Below, one piece after another: positions 1 through 11,339 of a DNA stretch of 64,000 nt. The notes under the pieces were generated by a model. The model searched no databases. It was not told the DNA's origin and worked only from the letters and a program-made list of their open reading frames with translations. Where the stretch lies: positions 1 to 64,000 of the forward strand of contig JAHHIM010000020.1 in NCBI GenBank assembly GCA_019358915.1, written 5' to 3'. Every line of letters begins with the position of its first letter. Positions within the stretch are counted from its first letter, which is position 1. A program made the translations under genes and the position numbers. Source of the stretch: Trichormus sp. ATA11-4-KO1. Its GTDB lineage: Bacteria; Cyanobacteriota; Cyanobacteriia; Cyanobacteriales; Nostocaceae.

Positions 1-606
1 GTATCCAAAGACACGATAAAGAACTTTGAAAAGAATTGTCATTTACGGGAAATTGTTTAAACAATACTATGAGGTGACATAAGACACAAGCTAATTAATA
101 ATTTTTTTTAATTATGATGTATACTAAGTAGCAACTAAGCAGCAATTAATTTTAATGCAGGTATCTGCTTGATAAGTAATAAAGATTATCAATATAGCTA
201 AAATTACTTCTCAACGAAGAATTACAAAAGCCCAGATAGTGCCAAATATCATGGATTTGCAACAAATACAGCTAATTTATTTAGTCCTATGCAAAATTTA
301 GATGACTGTATATTGAGGCATATTCATCTAATAAACTACTGGTCATCTACCAAAAGACAGAAATAATTTAGGATCAGCTTAGATGTCCGCATCATGTCAA
401 TACAGTATTTTCTCAATAGAGTTGAAAATAAGACTGGTTTATTGACAAAGCTAAGTGTAGACCCACTGCGACTTTTTGTAGGCATAGCGTTGAGTTCTGC
501 AAACTAAATCAAACGCTAAATGCTGATTTTTAACTTTTTTTACAGTCAAGAGTAATTTAAATGCGTTTGCCCTGAGTATTAGTTCAACTAATAGATTTCA
601 GGATAT

Positions 607-628
607 TGATAATAATCTGATAATAATC
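607..628. promoter_or_regulatory. Direct repeat (TGATAATAATC)x2, candidate Fur-like or other regulator site
   Basis: Perfect 11-bp tandem repeat containing GATAAT hexamers, about 730 bp upstream of the first cluster gene. Not a canonical 7-1-7 Fur palindrome. Confidence 0.25.
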
Positions 629-757
629 CCAATAGTTTAGGTTGTTGCTAATGCCACTAATTTTCGTTATAGTAATTTGGTTCAAATAAAAATAGCTCTC
701 AATAAGTTAGTCAAGTTTACCCCAGTAAATCGCTAGCATTAGCGTTTATACAGCGTT

Positions 758-890
758 AGAGGATGTTTTAAAAGTTTTGGGCAAATTATATTCGCTACTA
801 CACAAACGTAGACGCTACGCGTCATGTCTGTGTAGCCCTGAATGACTGTCGTCAAAACTAGTATAAATGGATACTTTGCAAACAACCTCT
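758..890. mobile_element. MITE-like/dispersed repeat with 18-bp imperfect terminal inverted repeats
   Basis: AGAGGATGTTTTAAAAGT (758-775) matches the reverse complement of ACTTTGCAAACAACCTCT (873-890) at 15/18. No coding capacity. Resembles small repeats common in Nostocales. Confidence 0.55.
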
Positions 891-1345
891 TAAAGCTATC
901 AGTGGTTAGCTAAACTAATCATCAAAAATCGAAACCTAAGTCGAAGAATTAAATATACTTTTTTTTACTCGACTCATAAAACTTGATTTGGTTAGCTACT
1001 GGGTTTGAGGTTTTGAGATTAATAAATTTCGTAAATACTTGGTAGTAGTTATGGATTTGTGTAATGAAAACACTCCAAAATATAGGGATGCTCAAAATAT
1101 TATTCACTCCATCTTAATAGTGAGATTGAACGATAGTTAAAATTGATCAAAGTTTTTGTGGCGCACCAATAATTTAGCGTTATTTCCTTCAGCTTTTAGT
1201 ATTGCTGAAAATAGAGAGGCTGGTAATTCATATTAGTGCGTAGATATCTCAACTGACATTTTGTGTAGATGTTAAACATTTGCTCTTGATTATTCTCTTG
1301 AGAGTGAGAGTCAAAGTAGCAGTTTATCAGGGTGACATTTAACTT

Positions 1346-4300
1346 GTGAACACAAAAATGAGTAATTTTTCTCATACTTTTCTTGAACCTTCTAGCAACT
1401 TTTCTACATTTGTCGATGTACTGCGCTTCAGAAGTTCTACGCAGCCAAACCGAGATGCTTTTACCTTCTTGCTGGATGGGGAGACAGAACAAGCAACATT
1501 AACCTATCAAGAATTGGATAGGCGATCGCGTCGCATAGCTGCTCAATTACAAAAATTAGGTTTGACTGGAGAACGAGCCTTACTACTTTATCCAGCCGGA
1601 CTAGATTTTTTAGTGGCTTTTTGTGGTTGTTTGTATGCGGGAGTTGTGGCTGTAACTGCATATCCCCCGCGAAATCAGCGCAATACACCACGAATCAAAG
1701 CTATTGCCACAGATGCACAAGCAGCGATCGCGCTGACGACAACAGAAATTCTGCCGACAGTGCGGTCTTTAATGACGGAAAAGACTGACATAAAATCTTT
1801 ACAGTGGCTAGCTACTGATAATCTTGCAGAGGGCATAGAAGACAGTTGGCAAGAACCCGCTATTCATCGAGATACCTTAGCTTTTCTGCAATACACCTCT
1901 GGCTCTACAGGCACACCCAAGGGTGTAATGATTAGTCATGGCAACTTACTACATAATGCTGATACAACTTATCAATTCATGGAGCATTCTCCAGAAAGTA
2001 AGTTTGTCACATGGTTACCCATGTATCACGATATGGGTCTGATTGGAGGAATCTTGCAACCTTTTTATGGAGGTTTTCCTTGTATAATTATGCCTCCGAC
2101 TTCCTTTCTTCAACGTCCTTATCGTTGGTTGCAAGCTATCTCTCAGTACAAAGGCACAACCAGTGGTGGGCCTAACTTTGCCTATGATTTATGTACTCAC
2201 AAAATTACTGCTGAACAAAAAGCAACTCTTGATTTGAGTAGTTGGAATGTTGCATTTAATGGTGCTGAACCTGTTCGTCACGACACTTTAGAACGGTTTG
2301 CCGCAGCTTTTGCAGAGTGTGGCTTTCAAAAAGAGGCTTTCTATCCTTGTTATGGCATGGCGGAAACAACTCTTATGGTTTCTGGCGTACAGAAGGCAAC
2401 AGCACCGAGAATTAAAACAGTTGAAAAGTCTGCATTAGAATTTAATCGAGTAGTTGAATTATCTGCTAACGATGAGGATGTATACCATTTTGTCAGTTGT
2501 GGTCGCATCATCCCAGAACAAAAAGTAGTTATTGCCAATCCAGAAACACTCAGTAGTTGCAAACCTGGTGAAATTGGGGAAATTTGGGTATCTGGGCCGA
2601 GTGTTGGTCAAGGTTATTGGCATCGCCCAGAGGAAACAGCAGAAATATTCCGTGCCTATCTGCAAGATACAGGAGAAGGGCCTTTTTTACGCACGGGTGA
2701 CTTAGGCTTTCTGCACAACGACGAAGTTTTTATTACAGGTAGAGCCAAAGATTTAATTATTATTCGCGGCCGCAATCTTTACCCCCAAGATATAGAATTG
2801 ACCGCAGAACGCAGTCATCCATCATTACGTCCTGGTGCTGGGGCTGCATTTACAGTAGAGATTAACAACGCAGAAAGATTAGTAGTTGTACAAGAATTAG
2901 AGTTTCGCGCCAAGTCAAATTTAGAAGCAGTTATTTCAGCTATTCGCCAAGCAATTACTGAAGAGCATGAAGTACAAGTTTATGCAGCTGTCTTGATTAA
3001 ACCAGGTAGTATCCCCAAAACTTCTAGTGGTAAGATTCAGCGACGTGCTACTCGCACTCAATTTCAAAATGGCGAACTGAATGTAGTTACAAGTAACACT
3101 CTCAAAATTAGTGATATTGCCAGAAAAGAAACTCGTTTACAACGTGCTGAACTTTTGGCGCTTTCCCCACGGGAATGTCAACCAATTCTCGAAACATATC
3201 TGATTGAACTCTTGGCAAGAGTCTTTTCAATCACACCAGATGATATTAATCCTCAAGAACCATTAAGTACGATGGGACTTGACTCATTAAAAGCATTTGA
3301 AATCAAAAATCGCATTGAAGTTGACTTAGAAGTAGAAGTATCTGTAGCAGACTTTTTTGAAGGGATGAGTGTACGCTCGCTTGTCACCAAGATTCTCGCT
3401 CAAATGACAACAAACGCGCTACCGTCTCTATCCCTGACTCAACAACAGATAAATACATCTATTTATCCTCTCTCTTTTACCCAGCAGGGCTTGTGGTTTA
3501 TCAATCAGCTAACTCCCAATACTTCTACATATAACATTCCTATAGTTATTAGCCTCCAAGGTCAGGTTAATTTAACAATTTTACAAGACAGTCTCAACGA
3601 AATTATCAAACGACACGAAGTCTTACGCACAAGTTTTACAGTAGTAGACGGACAACCCGTCCAAGTAATTAATCAAGCTGTACCCTTAACTTTGGCGGTT
3701 GAAGATTTACGTGTACTGGCTGAAAGCGATCGCAATCTTACAGCACAACATTTGATTAATGAGTTAGCACAGGAGCCTTTTGACTTATCTGCTCCATCAC
3801 TTTTACGTGCCCAAGTTTTACAATTAAGTGATAAAAATTATCATTTAATTGTCACTCTACATCATACAATTGCAGATGGTTGGTCTATAGGAGTTTTGCT
3901 CAGAGAACTAGCTGCACTGTATGAAGCATTTTCTGTTGGTAAACTCTCCCCATTGCCTGAATTACCCATTCAGTACAGAGATTTTGTCAACTGGCAACGC
4001 CAATCAATTAATTCCCAAAGGATTCAATCTTTACTGACCTATTGGCAGCAAAAGTTGCAGGGTGAACTTCCTGTATTAAACTTACCAACAGATCGTCCGC
4101 GATCGCCTGTGCAAACCTTCAAAGGTAGTCGAGCGAAATTAGTTCTTTCTCCCACTCTGAGAAAAGAACTGAAAAATTTCAGCCGTCAGCAGGGAGTAAC
4201 TTTATTTATGACCTTGCTCACAGCCTTCAAAATCTTGCTATATCGCTACACAGGTCAAACAGATATTGTAGTTGGTTCACCAATAGCCAATCGAAATAGA

Positions 4301-6706
4301 GCAGAAATCGAATCATTAATAGGATTATTTGTCAATGTTTTAGCACTGCGAACAGACTTATCTGGTGACCTTAGTTTTCAGGAGTTGTTAGCGCGGGTGA
4401 AATTAACAGCTTTAGAAGCGTATGTTCACCAAGACTTACCTTTTGAGAAGTTAGTAGAGGAATTACAGCCAAACAGGGATCTGAGCTACAATCCCCTATT
4501 TCAAGTAATGTTCGTACTGCAAAACGTTCCCAAACCTCATGTCAGTCTTACGGATGTATCAATTACCTATGAAGAAGCTGAAAATGGCACGTCTAAGTTT
4601 GATTTGACATTGTTTATGGATGATTCGGAGGAAAGTTTAGTTGCAACTTGCGAGTACAACACGGATTTATTTAATGCAGATACTATTAACCGAATGCTGG
4701 GACATTTCCAGACATTGTTAGAAAGCATAGTTAGCGATCCCCAACAATGTATTTCACAGGTGCAAATATTAACGCCATTTGAAGAAAAACAGTTATTAAT
4801 TGATTGGAATGATACTGAAACAGATTATCCTCAAGATAAATGCATTCATCAGTTGTTTGAGGAACAAGTAGAGAAAACGCCAGATGCTGTTGCAGTCGTT
4901 TTTGAGAATCAAGAATTAACTTATCGGGAGTTGAATAATCGAGCCAATCAACTAGCGCACTACTTACAAAAATTGGGTGTTAAGCCAGAGATGCTGGTTG
5001 GTATTTGCATGGAGCGATCGCTAGAAATGGTAGTTGCAGTATTAAGTATTTTAAAAGCTGGTGGAGCTTACTTACCATTAGATCCTGCATATCCCCAAGA
5101 GCGTTTAGCCTTCATCTTAGAAGATACTCAAAGTCCAATACTGCTAACTCAAAAGAGGTTTATAGAGAAATTGCCAACTGATGGTATTAAGGTAGTTTGT
5201 CTAGATTCACATGGGGATGGAATGGCTTCCGAGTTGTCAGAAAACCTTATTTGTAAGACAAATTCTACTAATCTAGCTTATGTCATTTACACCTCTGGCT
5301 CCACTGGTAAGCCTAAAGGAACGTTAATTCCGCATCAAGGATTACTCAATTACTTAACTTGGTGTACTCAGTCATATCCCATTGAGCAAGGTAAAGGAAC
5401 TATTGTTCACTCATCTCTTGCTTTTGATTTAACCATCACAGGTCTATTTTCACCTTTATTAGTTGGGCGACAAGTAGAACTAATTCCTGAAGACCAAAGT
5501 ATCGAATCTTTAGGAAACAAACTGCGCCAAGAGTCAAACTTGAGTCTTGTTAAAATTACACCAGCCGAATTACTATTACTTTCTCAGCAATTATCACCAC
5601 AAGAAGCAGCAGGTATTACCAAAGCTTTCATCATTGGCGGAGAGAACCTCTTAGCTGAGAACATTACCTTCTGGAAAACCTTTGCACCCGAAACATTATT
5701 AGTAAATGAATATGGCCCGACAGAAACTGTCGTAGGCTGTTGTGTTTATCGAGTCCCCCAGGATGATATTGAGTCAAATTCTGTTTTGATTGGTCAGCCA
5801 ATCGCTAATACACAATTATATGTCTTAGACCAACACTACCAGCCAGTACCTATAGGAGTTCCAGGCGAACTATATATTGGTGGTGCAGGTTTAGCACGGG
5901 GTTATCTGAATCAACCAGAACTGACATCTGTGAAATTCATTCCCCATCCCTTTAGTCATGAACCAGGAACGCGATTATACAAAACCGGGGACTTGGCTCG
6001 TTATTGTGCAGATGGCAATTTAGAGTTTTTAGGACGAATTGACCATCAAGTCAAAGTGCGCGGTTACCGAATTGAACTAGGAGAAATTGAGAGTTTACTG
6101 GGACAACACCCAGAAATTCAAGCAGCCGTGGTAATGATGCGGGAGGATGAACCAAATAATCAGCGTTTAGTGGCTTATTTTGTTAGCAACACCCAGACAC
6201 CACCTAAAACTAGCAATCTCCGTAAATTTCTTAAACAACAGCTACCAGAATACATGCTACCTTCGGTGTTCGTACAGCTAAAGGCGCTGCCGTTAACAAC
6301 GAATGGCAAAATAGATCGTCGAGCATTGCCAGTACCAGATAGCGATCGCCCAGAGTTAGCAGAGGTTTATGTAGCTCCTCGTTCTGAAATAGAAAGGGCG
6401 ATCGCCCGCATTTGGCAAGAAGTGTTGCATCTAGATAAAGTAGGTATTCATGATAACTTCTTTGATCTTGGGGGACATTCACTACTAATGCTGCAAGTAA
6501 ATCATCAACTGCGGGCAATTTTGCAGCAAGACATAACAGTAGTAACGATGTTTCAAAATCCAACTATATATTCACTCGCACAATATTTAAGTCAAAAACA
6601 AAAACCTTCTTTTACAGGAACACGCGATCGCGCGAATAGACAAATTGAGGCTATCAATCGCCAAAAACAATTATTAAGCAAACAAGGTAAAAATATTTAT
6701 GGTTAG
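1346..6706 (+). CDS. NRPS loading protein: FAAL-ACP-C-A(Asn)-PCP
   Basis: FAAL motifs (FLQYTSGSTGTPKG, WLPMYHDMGLIG, CYGMAE); ACP GLDSL; C HHTIADG; A-domain code read as DLTKIGEVGK (Asn); PCP GGHSL. Start may be ATG 1358. Confidence 0.93.
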   Translation: MNTKMSNFSHTFLEPSSNFSTFVDVLRFRSSTQPNRDAFTFLLDGETEQATLTYQELDRRSRRIAAQLQKLGLTGERALLLYPAGLDFLVAFCGCLYAGVVAVTAYPPRNQRNTPRIKAIATDAQAAIALTTTEILPTVRSLMTEKTDIKSLQWLATDNLAEGIEDSWQEPAIHRDTLAFLQYTSGSTGTPKGVMISHGNLLHNADTTYQFMEHSPESKFVTWLPMYHDMGLIGGILQPFYGGFPCIIMPPTSFLQRPYRWLQAISQYKGTTSGGPNFAYDLCTHKITAEQKATLDLSSWNVAFNGAEPVRHDTLERFAAAFAECGFQKEAFYPCYGMAETTLMVSGVQKATAPRIKTVEKSALEFNRVVELSANDEDVYHFVSCGRIIPEQKVVIANPETLSSCKPGEIGEIWVSGPSVGQGYWHRPEETAEIFRAYLQDTGEGPFLRTGDLGFLHNDEVFITGRAKDLIIIRGRNLYPQDIELTAERSHPSLRPGAGAAFTVEINNAERLVVVQELEFRAKSNLEAVISAIRQAITEEHEVQVYAAVLIKPGSIPKTSSGKIQRRATRTQFQNGELNVVTSNTLKISDIARKETRLQRAELLALSPRECQPILETYLIELLARVFSITPDDINPQEPLSTMGLDSLKAFEIKNRIEVDLEVEVSVADFFEGMSVRSLVTKILAQMTTNALPSLSLTQQQINTSIYPLSFTQQGLWFINQLTPNTSTYNIPIVISLQGQVNLTILQDSLNEIIKRHEVLRTSFTVVDGQPVQVINQAVPLTLAVEDLRVLAESDRNLTAQHLINELAQEPFDLSAPSLLRAQVLQLSDKNYHLIVTLHHTIADGWSIGVLLRELAALYEAFSVGKLSPLPELPIQYRDFVNWQRQSINSQRIQSLLTYWQQKLQGELPVLNLPTDRPRSPVQTFKGSRAKLVLSPTLRKELKNFSRQQGVTLFMTLLTAFKILLYRYTGQTDIVVGSPIANRNRAEIESLIGLFVNVLALRTDLSGDLSFQELLARVKLTALEAYVHQDLPFEKLVEELQPNRDLSYNPLFQVMFVLQNVPKPHVSLTDVSITYEEAENGTSKFDLTLFMDDSEESLVATCEYNTDLFNADTINRMLGHFQTLLESIVSDPQQCISQVQILTPFEEKQLLIDWNDTETDYPQDKCIHQLFEEQVEKTPDAVAVVFENQELTYRELNNRANQLAHYLQKLGVKPEMLVGICMERSLEMVVAVLSILKAGGAYLPLDPAYPQERLAFILEDTQSPILLTQKRFIEKLPTDGIKVVCLDSHGDGMASELSENLICKTNSTNLAYVIYTSGSTGKPKGTLIPHQGLLNYLTWCTQSYPIEQGKGTIVHSSLAFDLTITGLFSPLLVGRQVELIPEDQSIESLGNKLRQESNLSLVKITPAELLLLSQQLSPQEAAGITKAFIIGGENLLAENITFWKTFAPETLLVNEYGPTETVVGCCVYRVPQDDIESNSVLIGQPIANTQLYVLDQHYQPVPIGVPGELYIGGAGLARGYLNQPELTSVKFIPHPFSHEPGTRLYKTGDLARYCADGNLEFLGRIDHQVKVRGYRIELGEIESLLGQHPEIQAAVVMMREDEPNNQRLVAYFVSNTQTPPKTSNLRKFLKQQLPEYMLPSVFVQLKALPLTTNGKIDRRALPVPDSDRPELAEVYVAPRSEIERAIARIWQEVLHLDKVGIHDNFFDLGGHSLLMLQVNHQLRAILQQDITVVTMFQNPTIYSLAQYLSQKQKPSFTGTRDRANRQIEAINRQKQLLSKQGKNIYG

Positions 6707-9700
6707 CACTACATATAATAATTCCCTAGAAGGCATCGCCATAGTAGGGATGGCGGGGCGTTTCCCCAGTGCTAAAAATCTAGAAGAATTTTGGCAGAAT
6801 TTACAAAATGGGATAGAGTTGATTTCCATCTTCACAGACGAAGAGGTGATATCCGATGGCATAAATCCAGCAATTCTGAGCGATCGCAGTTATGTAAAAG
6901 CTAGTGCTGTATTAGAAAATATCGATTTATTTGATGCGGCATTTTTTAATTTTAATCCCAAAGAAGCAGAAGTTACTGACCCGCAACACCGTTTCTTCTT
7001 AGAGTGTGCTTGGGAAGCATTAGAAAACGCTGGCTATGATACCACCAGATATACAAGTCGCATTGGAGTTTATGCTGGTGCTAGTTTCAATAACTATTAT
7101 TCTTTTGATTTAAACCGCGATCGCCTGGGTTCAGCCCAATGCTATCAAACGCTAATTGGTAACGATAAAGATTTCCTGACAACTCGTGTTTCTTATAAAT
7201 TAAATCTTACCGGCCCAAGCATTACAGTCCAAACAGCTTGCTCTACGTCATTAGTTGCAACCACACTTGCTTGCCAAAGTTTGTTGAACTATCAATGTGA
7301 TATGGCTTTGGCTGGTGGAGTTTCTATTCACGTTCCCCAAAAATCAGGTTATTTGTACGAACAGGGGGGAACACTTTCTCCTGATGGTCATTGTCGTGCT
7401 TTTGATGCCAAAGCCCAAGGAACAACCATTGGTAATGGTGTGGGAGTTGTTGTTCTCAAGCGATTAAGCGACGCTTTAGCAGATGGTGATTGCATTCATG
7501 CTGTAATTAAAGGTGCAGCTATCAATAATGATGGTTCTGGTAAAGTAGGCTACACAGCCCCTAGCGTGAATGGTCAAGCGGAAGTTATTGCTGAAGCGAT
7601 GATGCTGGCGGGAGTTGAGCCTGAGACAATTAGCTATATTGAAGCTCATGGTACTGGTACAGCTTTAGGCGATCCCATTGAAATTGCTGCACTCTCTCAA
7701 GTCTTTCGTAGTAGTACTAACCAAAAAGGCTTTTGTGCTATTGGTTCAGTAAAGACAAATATCGGTCATTTAGATGCAGCAGCTGGGATTACCGGATTAA
7801 TTAAAACAGTTTTAGCCCTGAAACACAAGCAAATACCACCAAGCTTGAATTTTGAGCAACCCAATCCTCAGATTGATTTTGCCAATAGCCCTTTTTATGT
7901 CAATACAAAATTGACAGAATGGAAAACTAATGGTGTTCCTCGTCGGGCTGGTGTGAGTTCTTTAGGTATTGGTGGGACTAATGCTCATGTGATTGTAGAA
8001 GAAGCACCAGTACAAGTCAAAAGTCAAAAGTCAAAAGGCAAAAGTAAATATCTACTGTGTCTATCGGCTAAAACTGATTCAGCCTTGGAGACAGCAACAG
8101 CTAATTTAGCTAATCACCTCCAGCTACATCCAGAACTAGACTTAGCGGATGTTGCCTATACATTGCAAGTAGGGCGTGCTGAATTTAATCATCGACGTGT
8201 ACTAGTATGCCAAGATACAGAAGATGCCGCTAATGCCTTGCAGTTGCCAGATCATCACAGAATTTTGACGCGTTGCGTTGACAGTGGCGATCACTCCATA
8301 GTCTTCATGTTCCCTGGACAGGGCGCTCAGTATGTAGATATGGGTAAAGAACTTTACCAAACTGAGCCGATTTTTCAAGAACAAATCGATTTGTGCTGTG
8401 AATTGCTGCAACCTCATCTGGGGTTAGATTTGCGTTCTGTTATTTATCCCACTGAGTCTGAGTTACAAGCCGCAGCAGAAAAACTCCAACAAACTGCCAT
8501 TACCCAGCCTGCATTGTTTGTAGTTGAATATGCGTTAGCTAAGTTGTGGATGTCTTGGGGAATTTCTCCTAGCACCATGATTGGTCATAGCATTGGCGAA
8601 TATGTTGCAGCTTGTCTTGCTGGTGTATTTTCCTTGGAGGATGCTTTGGCTCTGGTTGCTATCCGTGGGCGATTGATGCAACAACTTCCAGTCGGTGCTA
8701 TGCTCTCGGTTGCAAAATCAGCCGCAGAGATGAAAAACTTACTCAATGAAAATTTATCTTTAGCCGCCAGTAATGCTCCTGCTTTGTGCGTCGTTTCCGG
8801 AACTCATGCAGCTATAGACACAATTCATCAGCAACTCACAGCATTAGATGTAGAGTGTCGCCGTCTGCGTACCTCTCATGCCTTTCATTCGGAGATGATG
8901 GAACCTATCATGGAGCCATTCATTAAAGAAGTTAAAAAAGTTAAACTCAATCCTCCTCAGATTCCCTTGATCTCTAACGTCACTGGTACTTGGATCACAG
9001 CAGAACAAGCTACAAATCCACATTACTGGGGAACACATTTACGGCAAACAGTAGAGTTTACCGCAGGTATATCTACATTGTTGCAAGAACCCAATCGCAT
9101 CCTCCTAGAAGTTGGGCCAGGGCGCAGTTTGTGTACTTTGGCTCAAAAGCATTCCGACGTTGTAGGGCTGTGTTCATTACGACATCCCCAGGAAAAACAA
9201 TCAGATGTAGCATTTTTACTGACTACACTAGGTAAACTCTGGTTATACGGAGTACAAATCGAATGGTCAGGATTTTATCTTAACGAGCACCGTTATCGTC
9301 TTCCTTTACCGACCTATCCCTTCGAGCGCCAGCGTTATTGGATTGAAGACCGTAAACAATCAGAAAAGAGTACTAAAACCACATCATTGGGTAAAAATTC
9401 AGACATTACAGACTGGTTTTATCTACCTTTGTGGAAACAGTCGCTACCTCCAAGAGAACACCCAGAACTAACCGTACAAAAATCTAGCACTTTAGTTTTT
9501 ACTAATGAGTTGAGCATCAGTTCCCAATTAGTACAACAACTAAAAACACATCATCAAGATGTCATTCTGGTGAAAATAAGTTCAAAGTTTGCCAAGTTGA
9601 GTGAGCATGAATATAGCCTCAATCCTCAACAAAGTAGTGACTACGAGCTTTTGTGGCGAGAACTACAAGCACAAAATAATTTACCCACCAAAATTGTGCA

Positions 9701-11339
9701 TTTATGGAATATTACAGCAAATAATTACATCGATAACCAATTGGAATGGCTCGACAAAATGCAAGTCAGGGGCTTTTATGGTTTGCTATTTATAGCTCAG
9801 GCAATTAGTAAACTAAATATTGCCAATAACTTGCAAATTACAGTAATTTCTAATAATATGCAATCAGTGACCGGAGAAGAAAATCTCTGTCCTGAAAAAG
9901 CAACTTTGCTCGGAGCAATTAAAGTCATTCCCCAAGAGTATTCAAATATTCGTTGTCGCAATATTGATATTTTAATTCCCGCAGCAGGAAGTCCACAAGA
10001 GAATAAACTAACAAATTTTCTCTTACAAGAAATTATCAATTCTACTGCTAATTCAATTGTTGCTTACCGTGGTAATCATCGATGGGTACAAACTTTTGAA
10101 CCTATGCAATTACATCCATCTCCCAAAGAAACACCACAATTAAAAGAAAAAGGAGTTTATTTGATTACAGGTGGTTTGGGAGGAATTGGATTGATTTTAG
10201 CGGCACATCTGGCAAAAACTGTAAAAGCTAAATTAATCTTGACAGGAAGGTCTGTAATTCCTGCTAAAGAAGATTGGTCAAAATGGCTAAAAAATCATGA
10301 TGAACATCATCCGATTAGCGCCAAAATTAAGCAATTACAGGAATTAGAAACCCTCGGTGCAGAAGTTTTAACAATTAGTGCTGATGTTGGCAACTTTGAA
10401 CAAATGCAAGCAGCCATTGTGCAAGCAGAATTAATATTTGGTCAAATCAATGGAGTAATTCATGCTGCTGGTATTACCGAAGAAAAATCATTTGCATTTA
10501 TAGAACAGACTCATAAAGTTGACTGTGAACTGCAATTCCAACCCAAAGTATATGGATTATTAATATTAGAAAAAATATTCAAAAATAAAAAGCTGGATTT
10601 TTGTGTATTAATGTCTTCTTTATCCTCAATTTTAGGAGGATTAGGATTTATGGCTTACACTGCGGTTAATAGTTTTATGGATGCTTTTGTGCATCAGCAT
10701 AACCAAAATAATGCTATGGTGTGGACAAGTGTTAATTGGGATGCTTGGGATACTTTTAAAGAAAATCAGCAAACTCAATCATATCTTGCTACTGGATTAG
10801 CGAATTTGGCTATCAAACCCCAGGAAGGTATAGAAGCTTTTCAAAGAATTTTAAATTTTGGTCACATCAATCAAGTTGTTGTCTCCACTGGAGAACTACA
10901 AACAAGAATTAATCAATGGGTGGATTCAGCCGCTTTTGAGGAAAAAACAGTTGGCCAAAAACCTAATTTTTCCCTTCATCCCAGACCGAACTTACAAAAT
11001 CCCTATGTTGCTCCTAAAAATGAAATCGAGCAAAAGATAGCAGTGATTTGGCAAGAACTGATTGGCGCAGAAAAAGTAGGGATTTACGATAACTTTTTTG
11101 AGTTGGGCGGTGATTCACTTTTAATGGTGCAAATGCGGAGTAGGCTACAAAAAGTTTTTAATTGTAATGTTTCTACTGCTGAGTTATTTGAATATCCCAC
11201 CATCAGTAGCTTATCAGAATATTTCAACCGCCAAAATCATGAACAACCAGCTTTTGAACTAGCTCAGGAACGTGCCAAAAAGCAAGAAGCGGCAATTGCT
11301 GAAGAAATACAGCTAATGAAGCAAAGAAGGAGAGTATGA
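6699..11339 (+). CDS. Type I cis-AT PKS module: KS-AT-KR-ACP
   Basis: KS TACSTS/HGTGT/NIGH; AT GHSIG and HAFHS (malonyl-type); KR GGLGGIG and YTAVN; ACP GGDSL. Overlaps both neighbouring genes. Confidence 0.93.
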   Translation: MVSTTYNNSLEGIAIVGMAGRFPSAKNLEEFWQNLQNGIELISIFTDEEVISDGINPAILSDRSYVKASAVLENIDLFDAAFFNFNPKEAEVTDPQHRFFLECAWEALENAGYDTTRYTSRIGVYAGASFNNYYSFDLNRDRLGSAQCYQTLIGNDKDFLTTRVSYKLNLTGPSITVQTACSTSLVATTLACQSLLNYQCDMALAGGVSIHVPQKSGYLYEQGGTLSPDGHCRAFDAKAQGTTIGNGVGVVVLKRLSDALADGDCIHAVIKGAAINNDGSGKVGYTAPSVNGQAEVIAEAMMLAGVEPETISYIEAHGTGTALGDPIEIAALSQVFRSSTNQKGFCAIGSVKTNIGHLDAAAGITGLIKTVLALKHKQIPPSLNFEQPNPQIDFANSPFYVNTKLTEWKTNGVPRRAGVSSLGIGGTNAHVIVEEAPVQVKSQKSKGKSKYLLCLSAKTDSALETATANLANHLQLHPELDLADVAYTLQVGRAEFNHRRVLVCQDTEDAANALQLPDHHRILTRCVDSGDHSIVFMFPGQGAQYVDMGKELYQTEPIFQEQIDLCCELLQPHLGLDLRSVIYPTESELQAAAEKLQQTAITQPALFVVEYALAKLWMSWGISPSTMIGHSIGEYVAACLAGVFSLEDALALVAIRGRLMQQLPVGAMLSVAKSAAEMKNLLNENLSLAASNAPALCVVSGTHAAIDTIHQQLTALDVECRRLRTSHAFHSEMMEPIMEPFIKEVKKVKLNPPQIPLISNVTGTWITAEQATNPHYWGTHLRQTVEFTAGISTLLQEPNRILLEVGPGRSLCTLAQKHSDVVGLCSLRHPQEKQSDVAFLLTTLGKLWLYGVQIEWSGFYLNEHRYRLPLPTYPFERQRYWIEDRKQSEKSTKTTSLGKNSDITDWFYLPLWKQSLPPREHPELTVQKSSTLVFTNELSISSQLVQQLKTHHQDVILVKISSKFAKLSEHEYSLNPQQSSDYELLWRELQAQNNLPTKIVHLWNITANNYIDNQLEWLDKMQVRGFYGLLFIAQAISKLNIANNLQITVISNNMQSVTGEENLCPEKATLLGAIKVIPQEYSNIRCRNIDILIPAAGSPQENKLTNFLLQEIINSTANSIVAYRGNHRWVQTFEPMQLHPSPKETPQLKEKGVYLITGGLGGIGLILAAHLAKTVKAKLILTGRSVIPAKEDWSKWLKNHDEHHPISAKIKQLQELETLGAEVLTISADVGNFEQMQAAIVQAELIFGQINGVIHAAGITEEKSFAFIEQTHKVDCELQFQPKVYGLLILEKIFKNKKLDFCVLMSSLSSILGGLGFMAYTAVNSFMDAFVHQHNQNNAMVWTSVNWDAWDTFKENQQTQSYLATGLANLAIKPQEGIEAFQRILNFGHINQVVVSTGELQTRINQWVDSAAFEEKTVGQKPNFSLHPRPNLQNPYVAPKNEIEQKIAVIWQELIGAEKVGIYDNFFELGGDSLLMVQMRSRLQKVFNCNVSTAELFEYPTISSLSEYFNRQNHEQPAFELAQERAKKQEAAIAEEIQLMKQRRRV
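8014..8048 (+). repeat. STRR-type heptamer repeat (AAGTCAA)x~5 within the KS-AT linker
   Basis: aagtcaa aagtcaa aagtcaa aaggcaa aagtaaa, translated as VKSQKSKGKSK. Confidence 0.7.

Noticed and set aside
1346..6706. N-acyl-D-Asn prodrug motif as in colibactin, xenocoumacin or zwittermicin
   Set aside because: There is no E domain after the Asn module (PCP is GGHSL), Asn goes directly to a PKS, and no ClbP-like peptidase is in the window.
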